Shown here one piece after another: positions 8,304 to 16,969 of a DNA stretch of 30,127 nt. The stretch covers positions 1-30,127 of the forward strand of contig JBFRWI010000071.1 of NCBI GenBank assembly GCA_051439505.1, in the 5' to 3' direction. The notes beneath the pieces were generated by a model, which saw only the letters and a program-made list of their open reading frames with translations, had not been told where the DNA came from and ran no database searches. Within the stretch, counting starts at the first letter, position 1. Every line of letters begins with the position of its first letter. The DNA comes from Hormoscilla sp. GTDB lineage: Bacteria > Cyanobacteriota > Cyanobacteriia > Cyanobacteriales > Desertifilaceae. Made by a program: the position numbers and the translations under genes.

Positions 8304-9278
8304 CTAATTACCTGAAAACCTTGCCAACAATTGTTCACGAGACAATTCCAGCAGTATCGCGATATATTCTGGTCCCGATAAGGTTAATAATTCTGGGATA
8401 ATTGCTGACAGTTGGGGATCGATTTCACCAAAGCGCATACGCAGCATACTTTCGATGGAGTCCTGGCGTTCCCTCATAAGTTGCTGGAGACCTTGCTGGA
8501 GACCTTGCTGGACCCCTTGCTGGAGACCTTGCTGGACCCCTTGCTGAACCCCTTGCTCGGTAGCTGTTTTCAGCCGTTCTAAGTACACAGGAGATAATTT
8601 CATAATCAAATCTTGGTCGTCTGTATCTAGATCTGCTTCATTCCGTTGACGTGCTTCTAAGACAGAAAGCAGGTCATACACCAATTCTAGCGTATGCTCT
8701 CGTAATGGGTTATCCTCTGAGAGTGCTTCTAGTTCCCTCATTGCTTGTTCTTGGACCGAACTCCTCCCTAAAATTCGCAACCACATTGTTTCAGGAGTAC
8801 TGGGCAGTTGATGAATAGCTATCAGACCGGTTTTCAAGCCTTCTCCCAGAGAATATATGCCTCTCATCCCGCTTGCTGTATCCGGTTCTGCCCGAAAACT
8901 TTGCAGTATTTCCGGAGAAATTGTCGGAGTGATTATCCACACCCGAGGATATTCCGCCTCTTCTATGGTCGCATTTTTGCGCCTGGCCTGGCGTTCTAAT
9001 AATGAATGATCGTCATAAATTTTCCCCATACATTCGCGAATTTGTTTTTTTTCGACAGCATTGCGGAATACCTCAAAACCTGCGGCACCTTTGGCCGCCA
9101 GTTGTCCCAGTAAACCTATCTGTTCCGCCTTGGAGGCCGCGTCGGCAGCTGGGATAAAGAACACATCTATTTGTCTGACTTCCGATGTGATTTCTTTGCT
9201 GATTTCTACTTCTCCCAGGATATTTAATAATTCTGAGAGATATTGCTTGGCAAATTGATCGTGGACTAAGCGCGTCAT
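8304..9278 (-). CDS. Rpn/YhgA-like PD-(D/E)XK nuclease-family protein with QQG repeat linker (cyanobacterial type)
   Basis: MTRLVHDQFAKQYL...EVRQIDVFF...FEVFRN N-terminus; (QQGL/V)n linker; RFGEID C-terminal module. Confidence 0.75.
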   Translation of the reverse strand: MTRLVHDQFAKQYLSELLNILGEVEISKEITSEVRQIDVFFIPAADAASKAEQIGLLGQLAAKGAAGFEVFRNAVEKKQIRECMGKIYDDHSLLERQARRKNATIEEAEYPRVWIITPTISPEILQSFRAEPDTASGMRGIYSLGEGLKTGLIAIHQLPSTPETMWLRILGRSSVQEQAMRELEALSEDNPLREHTLELVYDLLSVLEARQRNEADLDTDDQDLIMKLSPVYLERLKTATEQGVQQGVQQGLQQGVQQGLQQGLQQLMRERQDSIESMLRMRFGEIDPQLSAIIPELLTLSGPEYIAILLELSREQLLARFSGN

Positions 9279-9970
9279 TGATAGTAATATTATGTTTGAT
9301 TAATATAATATCACCTTTCGGTTGGGTAGGTAGAGACCCGCAAACCCCATTGCTGGTACGGAAGCTTGCTCATGTAACCGGTGCGACAATGGCCGATCGC
9401 AGTTGAGATAACCTGAGATAACCTAATAGTTTTTGATACTTGCCCCCTGCCACCCCTGCCAACCAATGCCAAGGTACCGGTTGTTGCTGCGGCGCTATGG
9501 GATGGCGATCGCCATTGTGACCAGTTCTGAACCGCTGTAATTTCATGGGCGACAGCTGATGCTATAAGTAGAGTTATCTCCGGGAGATACTGCCATTGCG
9601 CGCCCTACATATAGGGTTAGAGTCGAAGACTCGCGTAAGTCAAAAAAAAAAGTTTTTAATACTTGTCAGAAAACAGCACCTTGAAAGGTACTATATATTA
9701 GGAAGCGATTTTTGCTTAGCTTCCGACGATGACCAGTCCCACCCCTGTGGGCCAATAGTCGGATTCGTGACCTACAGTCCCTGTCGGTTCTGAGTCTCGC
9801 AATGGTCGGGGCCGGATATGGGATCGGGTCCCGTTCCTCAAACCACGGCCTCGACAGTGGGTTTGAGTTAACAGCTCGTTACCGGTTCGGGCCTTCGAGC
9901 CGATGGGAATCCGGCTATTGTCCATGAGGCGTTAGTGGGATTATTAACTCTTGTATGTAGAGGACACTCG

Positions 9971-10531
9971 ATGAAAACCGCGATTAAGTTCTTTCAAACT
10001 CTGGCGATCGCTTTGGCGATATCAGTTACTTTCTTAAGCATTCCCGGGATGACCTCCCCAGCGGCAGCCTATGATTGTCAATACCTGCCCTATGGACCTC
10101 GCACCAATGGCATAGTGAGCCGGGTCAACGTGGCGGATTTCGAGGCTAGCAAGGAATTTTATGGGGACGTTCTGGGGATGACATGTATCCTAAATTTTGA
10201 CGGCCCCTATTGGACCGAGTTCTACAATTCTGTGGACCCTCAAGCACAGGCAAGCATAGGGCTCAGCAACCAGTTCGGAAGCGATGAAAAAAGGAACGTT
10301 ACGACAGTGATTGTGCCAGATCTAGCTTCGGCTTGTGAAAATCCTGGTATCTTCGTAACGTCAAGCGAATACGCTGGCCAGGGCGTATGTCTAGCTTTCT
10401 TCAATGACCTAAGTGGAAATGAGTTGGGTTATCGTCAGGAGAACTGGGGTATTTTGAATCCAGAGAATCCCGATGAAGAGCCCATTATCGCAGAAGAATG
10501 TCTTGAGATCCTCGACAATTACTGCCAGTAA
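9971..10531 (+). CDS. Secreted VOC (glyoxalase/bleomycin resistance)-fold protein
   Basis: Signal peptide ending PAAA; VNVADFEASKEFYGDVLG and LAFFNDLSGNELG VOC motifs; GAGGA RBS upstream of 9971. Confidence 0.75.
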   Translation: MKTAIKFFQTLAIALAISVTFLSIPGMTSPAAAYDCQYLPYGPRTNGIVSRVNVADFEASKEFYGDVLGMTCILNFDGPYWTEFYNSVDPQAQASIGLSNQFGSDEKRNVTTVIVPDLASACENPGIFVTSSEYAGQGVCLAFFNDLSGNELGYRQENWGILNPENPDEEPIIAEECLEILDNYCQ

Positions 10532-10663
10532 TGCAAATGATTTCAAATAACGGCCGAAACCGTTGGCCTGTCAGCAGTTAGCCGGATCTCATCTATCTGA
10601 GAAACGCTATAAACAACCTCCTTCTTAGCTATGGACTGGTGGTTGCTTAACTGCACAATTACT

Positions 10664-10700
10664 AATAATCCCGCCCTAGCGTTGGGCGGGATTATTTTAT
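10664..10700. terminator. Rho-independent terminator-like hairpin (possibly bidirectional)
   Basis: AATAATCCCGCCC-N7-GGGCGGGATTATT perfect 13-bp stem followed by a T-rich tail, downstream of the VOC gene. Confidence 0.75.
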
Positions 10701-10748
10701 CAATGCATTAATCTCCATAACATAGTAGTGCTGCTTCCCATAACATAG

Positions 10749-10877
10749 GGGTGTGGTCAAAACCCGTTGGTACACGATCTCCCCTTCCGAACCCTAAAGG
10801 GTCCGGCTACACCGAACTTAGCCCGCCTGCGCGGGCTATACATTTACCGGGCTATCAACTACAAATGAGCCACACCC
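10749..10877. mobile_element. MITE, GGGTGTGG-TIR family, with 9-bp TSD
   Basis: ATAACATAG at 10740-10748 and 10878-10886 flanks GGGTGTGGTCAAAA...GAGCCACACCC. Confidence 0.88.
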
Positions 10878-11242
10878 ATAACATAGTGGTGCAAATGGGC
10901 CAACCTGGGCGGGGATTACCTGATGGAGGCTATTTGGCTCGCGGGTGGAACCGGTACTCTGCTGATACAGAGGTTTGCGTATCTAACCGGTGTGATAATG
11001 CCCGATCGCTCTAGTATTACTGGCACATGCAGGGTGTTGATACCTGCCTCCTTGCCAAGCTTTGTCTATCAACCGGTAGTTGCTGCTGCCCGATGGACGA
11101 TCGGGGATTGGGACCGGTGGTAAAGGGCTGTAACTTAAAGGGGACATGTGCTATAGTCACCTTAGACCCGGGAAAAAGACCTAGAGGGTGGTCGAAAGCC
11201 TGTCGGAGGCAAGGAGACAAGCAATTAGCATTAGCAACGGGA

Positions 11243-13999
11243 ATGAGAAAAAGACGATATTTGTGGTTGTTTTTAATAAGTTTGGCATGGGTGCTGTTGA
11301 TGCAGGTACAGGCGATCGCCAAGCAACATGTCAATGCAGAAACAGGAGTCAAGCAGGTAGCAAATATAGAGGAAGTAGAGAATAAATTAGAGCCCGAAAG
11401 TGATAAAAAAGGGCAGCTAAAACCATTTGGCGAAGTCGTCAAGGATGCCGAGAAGCTAGAGGGTTTATTTACTATTTACCGCCAGGAGAAGAAGAATAAA
11501 ATATATCTAGAAATCAAGCCAGAACAGTTGCATAAAAACTACTTAGGGGTGATAACGCTGTCCACAGGAATAGGAGAGGCGGGTATATTAAAGGGCATGC
11601 CGATCGAGGAAATAATGTTTCAATTTCGGCGGTTACAGGACAAGGTGGAGGTTGTAGTCCCGAATATTAACTTTAGGGGGAGTGAAGACGATCGGGTGCA
11701 GCAAACGATATCTAGATCCTTTAGCGACTCGGTGCTGTACAGCCTGAAAATAGAAAGTATTCATCCAGAACGCCAGACATTGCTGATCGATCTGGGGAGT
11801 CTGCTGCTAGGACAAAGGGACTTAGGGAATTTGTCCTCAGTAGTGAAGGAGGTGTTAGGAAGTAGTTATAGTATAGACCGAAATAAATCGTATTTCAGCG
11901 AAGCCAAAGCCTTTCCCTTAAATGTAGAGATAGAGTCAGTATACGGGTTTAAGAGTGGGTCCAGTTCGAGTGTAAATATTCCTAGCTTGCCAGACAGTCG
12001 GGCCTTTAGCCTATCAGTACATTATAGTCTGTCAGAACTGCCAGTCAATAACGGCTACCGTCCCCGGGTGGCCGACCAACGGGTGGGCTATTTCGTGACA
12101 GCATACAAGGAGTTAGGCGACGATCGCCGCAAAGATCCATTTGTGCGTTACATCAACCGCTGGCATCTGGAGAAACAAGATCCATATGCGCCCCTGTCGC
12201 CGCCGAAACAACCGATCGTATTTTGGATTGAAAATACGGTGCCTTCCGAATACAGGGAGACGATCGCGCGCGGTGTGCTAATGTGGAATCGGGCATTTGC
12301 CAAGGCAGGTTTGTCCAATGCGATCGCGGTACGGCAGATGCCAGATGATGCTGAATGGAACCCCGAGGACGTGCGCTACAATACGATCCGCTGGTCGGCA
12401 TCCTTCGAGCCAGCGTTTTTCGGCATCGGGCCATCGCGGGTTAACCCCTTGACAGGAGAAATACTGGATGCGGATATTTTGATAGATGCGAATATCGTGC
12501 GCATCCTCAAGAATGAATATCGGAGTTTTGTGGGCAGCAGCAGCGGCGAATATGGACCCCGGACAGAAGAGTTTAATCCTTGCAGTCAAAGTCTACAGCA
12601 GCTTTACCTGCCAGAAGTAGCATTGCCGGAACAGACTATTCTTAAGCCCTTAAATTCAACTTTAATGAGAGGGCAGGATCTATGCTTAGGTCTGGAGTTT
12701 AATCGCCAGTTTGCCGTGGGGGCGATCGCCATGTCCCTGCTGCATGATGTGGAACCCGACAGCGAGGAAATGGAGGAGTATGTCCAGCAATATCTCAGCT
12801 TTCTAGTGGCCCATGAGGTGGGACATACATTGGGGTTGCGACATAATTTTCGGGGCAGTACAATGCTGACACCAGAGGAATTGAACGATCGATCCATCAC
12901 CAGGAGTCGAGGTATGGTAGCCTCGGTAATGGACTATCTAGCTGTGAATTTAGCACCGCCAGGAGTGGAACAGGGAGACTATTTCCCAGTCATGGTCGGA
13001 CCTTACGATGAATGGGCGATCGAGTATGGTTATAAACCGCTTTCCCCGATGCAGGAGTCCCAGGAACTGCAACAAATAGCCCAGCGGGCAGCGGCACCCG
13101 AACTATCCTATGCTACGGATGAAGACCGCTTCGCTAGTTTAGATCCAGCAGCAAATGCCTTTGACTTGAGTAGTGATATGCTGCGCTATTCGATCTGGCA
13201 GTTAGAAAATGCTCAGGTGATGTGGTCCCGTCTGACCAAAAATTTCCCGACAATGGGTGAGAGTTACAGTGAAATCCGGGAAATGTTTGATGAAGTGCTG
13301 CTATACTATTTTAAGAATGCCAGGAATGCGACTTTATATGTAGGGGGACAATCATTCCATCGCATTTATCCCGGGGATGGCAATGGCAGACTGCCCTTTG
13401 AGGTGATTCCGGTCCAGAAACAAAGGGAAGCATTGAATGCTATTGCCGAGTACGTGTTTGCATCGGATGCCTTTGAATTTTCACCCCAACTGTTGAATCA
13501 GTTGGCACCGTCCCGCTGGTGGCATTGGGGAACAGTTCCCGCCGTGTTCCGACTGGACTATCCCATTAGCGATCGCCTGTTTTTCGTGCAACGGGCCGTA
13601 CTGCGATCGCTATATGCGTCATCGCGTTTGAGCAGGATGCGAGACTTAGAATTGAAGGCCGCACCGGAAGAGGTATTGATGCTACCAGAATTATTTGATA
13701 CCTTGCAAGCAAGTATCTGGACAGAAGTAGTAGAAAAGGACCGAGAGAATATTTCCAGTATCCGCAGATCCTTACAGCGAGAGTATGTCGATCTATTAAG
13801 TGCCATGGTGCTGCGGAAATCCAGAGTTCCCGAAGATGCGCGCACCCTGGCATGGTATCATTTAGGGGAACTGCGATCGGACATCGACAAGACCTTGAGA
13901 AAAAGAGGCCGCAGGTTCGATACCTATACCAAGGCCCATTTGGCCAAAACCCGCGATCGGATTGACAAAACCTTGTCTGCCCCCTTACAATCCAATTAA
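11243..13999 (+). CDS. Secreted zinc-dependent metalloprotease (Met-zincin, DUF5117/DUF4953-type)
   Basis: HEVGHTLGLRH zinc motif, SVMDY Met-turn, NPLTGEILDADI motif; N-terminal signal peptide from the ATG at 11243. Confidence 0.9.
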   Translation: MRKRRYLWLFLISLAWVLLMQVQAIAKQHVNAETGVKQVANIEEVENKLEPESDKKGQLKPFGEVVKDAEKLEGLFTIYRQEKKNKIYLEIKPEQLHKNYLGVITLSTGIGEAGILKGMPIEEIMFQFRRLQDKVEVVVPNINFRGSEDDRVQQTISRSFSDSVLYSLKIESIHPERQTLLIDLGSLLLGQRDLGNLSSVVKEVLGSSYSIDRNKSYFSEAKAFPLNVEIESVYGFKSGSSSSVNIPSLPDSRAFSLSVHYSLSELPVNNGYRPRVADQRVGYFVTAYKELGDDRRKDPFVRYINRWHLEKQDPYAPLSPPKQPIVFWIENTVPSEYRETIARGVLMWNRAFAKAGLSNAIAVRQMPDDAEWNPEDVRYNTIRWSASFEPAFFGIGPSRVNPLTGEILDADILIDANIVRILKNEYRSFVGSSSGEYGPRTEEFNPCSQSLQQLYLPEVALPEQTILKPLNSTLMRGQDLCLGLEFNRQFAVGAIAMSLLHDVEPDSEEMEEYVQQYLSFLVAHEVGHTLGLRHNFRGSTMLTPEELNDRSITRSRGMVASVMDYLAVNLAPPGVEQGDYFPVMVGPYDEWAIEYGYKPLSPMQESQELQQIAQRAAAPELSYATDEDRFASLDPAANAFDLSSDMLRYSIWQLENAQVMWSRLTKNFPTMGESYSEIREMFDEVLLYYFKNARNATLYVGGQSFHRIYPGDGNGRLPFEVIPVQKQREALNAIAEYVFASDAFEFSPQLLNQLAPSRWWHWGTVPAVFRLDYPISDRLFFVQRAVLRSLYASSRLSRMRDLELKAAPEEVLMLPELFDTLQASIWTEVVEKDRENISSIRRSLQREYVDLLSAMVLRKSRVPEDARTLAWYHLGELRSDIDKTLRKRGRRFDTYTKAHLAKTRDRIDKTLSAPLQSN

Positions 14000-14072
14000 T
14001 TTTGACAATCGCGAATTGCCAATAGCGAATTGCTATTGGTAATGGACAACTATCAACAATAGAGGGAAAATC

Positions 14073-14387
14073 ATGGATTTAGGAATTATAGCCGCGATCG
14101 GGTATGGAGTGCTGGCCCTGGTAGGTGGTATCATGGGATACTTGAAAGTCAAGAGCAAGATTTCTCTAATTTCCGGTATCGCGACGGGTTTGTTGCTGCT
14201 AGTAGCAGGGGGGATGCAATTAATGGGAATGTCAGTGGGGCTAATTTTAGCGGAAGTGATAACAGGGATCTTAATAATTACATTTGGAATGCGGTTGTTC
14301 AAAACCCGCAAATTTATGCCTGCCGGGTTGATGATTATAGCTGGCGTGGTAGCCTTAGGGGCGATGCTTTCTCCGATGTTTATTTAA
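14073..14387 (+). CDS. TMEM14 family small membrane protein
   Basis: YGVLALVGGIMGYLKVKSKISLISG...KFMPAGL signature. Confidence 0.9.
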   Translation: MDLGIIAAIGYGVLALVGGIMGYLKVKSKISLISGIATGLLLLVAGGMQLMGMSVGLILAEVITGILIITFGMRLFKTRKFMPAGLMIIAGVVALGAMLSPMFI

Positions 14388-14406
14388 GTTTTGCGAACTA
14401 GGCAGG

Positions 14407-14490
14407 ATCTCGGTTGAGTTAACAGAAGGCAAATAATTGAGCGTCTGTCATCTCAACTGCGGAATTAATTTGCAGCCTCTTGAACGATGG
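14407..14490 (-). pseudogene. N-terminal remnant resembling a Uma2 family endonuclease
   Basis: Reads ...VEMTDAQLFAFC*LNRD, like the common Uma2 start MTDEQFFxFCQxNRD but with a stop; a degenerate MITE end lies at about 14508. Confidence 0.5.
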
Positions 14491-14592
14491 CGCGGTATTG
14501 GGGGGTGGGGTGTAGTCAAAAGTAGTTAATAGAGTAGAGAAATGAGCGACTATGACCGGTAGTGGGCCGCTCCGGGGTGAGGGGGTATAAAA

Positions 14593-14743
14593 GGGTGTGG
14601 TCAAAAACAGTTGATCGTTCGGGCGGCCCTCCCAGTCGCCGGATCCCCCCAAACCCCCCTTACAAAGGGGGGCTTCCGGAGCCCCCCCTTTTGGAAGGGG
14701 GGGTTTGGGGGGGATCGGGCTACAACTACTTTTGACCACACCC
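14593..14743. mobile_element. MITE, GGGTGTGGTCAAAA-TIR family, with 9-bp TSD
   Basis: Perfect 14-bp TIRs; GGTATAAAA duplicated at 14584-14592 and 14744-14752. Confidence 0.92.
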
Positions 14744-14809
14744 GGTATAAAAGGTAATTAACCTAGGGCAATAATAGACAATTATGACAAAAAGCCGCTC
14801 CCTCAAGGG

Positions 14810-15031
14810 AAAAGGATCTGCTCTCATAGCGGAAAAGGATCTTCGATCGGCGAGAAAAGGATCTTCGATCGGCGAGAAAAGGATCTTCGATCGGCGAGAA
14901 AAGGATCTTCGATCGTCGAGAAAAGGATCTTCGATCGTCGAGAAAAGGATCTTCGATCGGCGAGAAAAGGATCTTCGATCGGCGAGAAAAATTTCTTCTG
15001 CCACAGCGGAAAAATTTCTTCTGCCACAGCG
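14810..15031. repeat. 22-bp minisatellite (GAAAAGGATCTTCGATCG(G/T)CGA, about 7 copies) flanked by related 23-bp units
   Basis: Direct reading of the tandem units. Confidence 0.92.
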
Positions 15032-15810
15032 TCCAAGGATCTTCTCGCCGGTGGAAACCTGTCGTTTCCCGGGGATATGGGGTAAGGTAACCTCTCTGCT
15101 TCTGGGGGACTGCCCAGAAATGGCCCGAGCTATCGCCGGTGGAAACCAGCCGTTGACGGGGGATATGGGATAAGGTTACCTCTGGGGGACTGCCCAGAAA
15201 TGGCCCGAGATATCGCAGCTTGCGAGCAATAGCCGGTGTTCTCCTGTAGTTTCAGGGCTCACGGGTGCCTTGCTGCCACCTGTTTTTGGGCGATCGCCTT
15301 TATTAGTATATTTACTCGATCAGACAATAGCCTGTTTTTTAAGTGATTTCCCCCCTAGGGGCGATCGCCCATCAATGGCCAGAAATATCGCCAGTTCTCA
15401 CCTTGATTCTCTGGCCTCGCGGGTGCCTTCTACCACCCGTTTCTGAGGGAATGCTCGTCAATGGCCAGAAATATCGCCGGTTATAATGTAGATTTTCTGG
15501 GCTCCCAGCTACCTTCCCACCACCCCCCGTTTCTGTTCCGACGGAAATGGCCAGAGATAACACCGGTGCTCGCCGACAGAAAATGGCCTCATGGGTGCCT
15601 TGCTACACCCGTTTTTGGGCTTTCTAACAGAAATGGCCAGAGCTAGAGCCGGTTATCGAGTTAATTTTCTGGGCGATCGGGTGCCTTGCTACATGCGATC
15701 GCTCGGGAATGGCCAGAGATAACGCCGGTTGTGAGGTGAAGTTTCGGGTCTTGGGGTGCCTTGCTACACCCGTTTCTGGGCTTTCTAACAGAAATGGCCA
15801 TTGCTAACGC
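15030..15810. repeat. Diverged ~86-bp-period array with conserved boxes and variable segments
   Basis: AATGGCC box at 15119, 15199, 15374, 15460, 15546, 15632, 15708 and 15793; GGGTGCCTT...CACC box in most units. Confidence 0.85.
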
Positions 15811-15974
15811 AGGCGATCGCCCGGCAATTCTACACATAAAAGCAACGAGCTGCCCGATCAAATGGCAGCTCGTTGCGTGTATATGCTGGTAAATGCTTTG
15901 AGATTCTTTCTACTCGGACCAAGGCTATTTGCTTTGATGCCTGGCTGACGGGTGCTAGGCCTTCAAGTGTAGAT

Positions 15975-16310
15975 TCATATACAGGAACGCTTGTTGCTAG
16001 GAGCGATGGTCGCCGCTCTACCGTTTTCTTGATAGACTGTTTCTTTTCGATAGGCTGTTTCTTTTTGCTCAGCATCTCCTTGGTTGCCTAAAAGCTGCCG
16101 CAACAAATCGCACCACGGGGGGAATGGACATGCAATTATAACCTCTCCATTGTTTACTCTATTAGGAGCTGCGGTGGTAGCATCAGTAACAGCGGTAGCA
16201 TCAGTAACAGTGGCAGCACCAATAACGGGGGTACTACCAGTAATGACCAAGATAGCGGTTGCAATAGAAGTAGCTACCAAATTTTTGTTGTTTATTTTTG
16301 CGTGTTTCAT
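15975..16310 (-). CDS. Small secreted hypothetical protein
   Basis: Basic N-terminus plus hydrophobic signal-like segment, GAGG RBS upstream, short internal repeats, CPFPPWC motif. Confidence 0.55.
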   Translation of the reverse strand: MKHAKINNKNLVATSIATAILVITGSTPVIGAATVTDATAVTDATTAAPNRVNNGEVIIACPFPPWCDLLRQLLGNQGDAEQKETAYRKETVYQENGRAATIAPSNKRSCI

Positions 16311-16780
16311 GATGATTAACCTCTTCTTTCCTGATTAGTTTCATCCTATTAAATCCCAGCCAGGAATGTAATCCGCGATCATGACCAATTTTTTGATAAT
16401 TAAGCTGTGATGCCTTCTAATCCCATATAAAATCATACTTATTATGGCTGAAACCATTATGGGGAGAGGGGTTTCACGATTTTATCCGGATAGCCAAATA
16501 TGCCGTTTAGAGGCGCGAGAGCTTAATCTTTTTCAGGTTGTCGTGCATTTAAGCTGTATATTTTCGGTGGTGGCAAAAAAATAAATAAATTTTTATGTAA
16601 GGGTTTTCTCTTATGCTTGCCAAAGTATATAGCAGTTCTCATATTACTGTGATCTGCTGTCGGAGATTGCGTCGGGGGGGGGGGTAACTCATAATCCTAT
16701 TGGCGGCTAAAATGGTGGTATAGAAGAGAGATTATACGGCTTTGGTACAGGTATAATGACTAGACTAAGGTCAGATACCC

Positions 16781-16830
16781 AGGAGGCGGGAGCCTCACAA
16801 GAGGGTTCCCAGGTAGAACCTGGGAACCAG
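16781..16830. repeat. GGAGGCGGGAGCCTC...GTTCCCAGGTAGAACCTGGGAAC REP-like repeat
   Basis: Double hairpin; inverted copy at about 29940-29988. Confidence 0.75.
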
Positions 16831-16969
16831 ATACACCAGATACCAGAACGAGATAACGAGATCAATTCCGTTTCACTCCGGTTCTGACTTATTCCAACTC
16901 CGTTCTACCTTCTCCCTAACCAAGAAGTATTGAGGGGTCTCAACCAAGCAGAAAACTACAATTAAGATC

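Noticed and set aside
11027..11242. Cys-rich N-terminal extension of the metalloprotease
   Set aside because: It overlaps the diverged repeat, and the signal peptide begins at the ATG at 11243
14419..15173. ORFs 14419-14739, 14726-15004, 14784-15173 and 14824-15036
   Set aside because: They are translations of MITE and minisatellite sequence; only the short Uma2-like remnant was kept
14784..15810. CRISPR array
   Set aside because: The 22-mers have no spacers; the 86-bp units have degenerate multi-box repeats rather than identical 23-47-nt repeats; no cas genes
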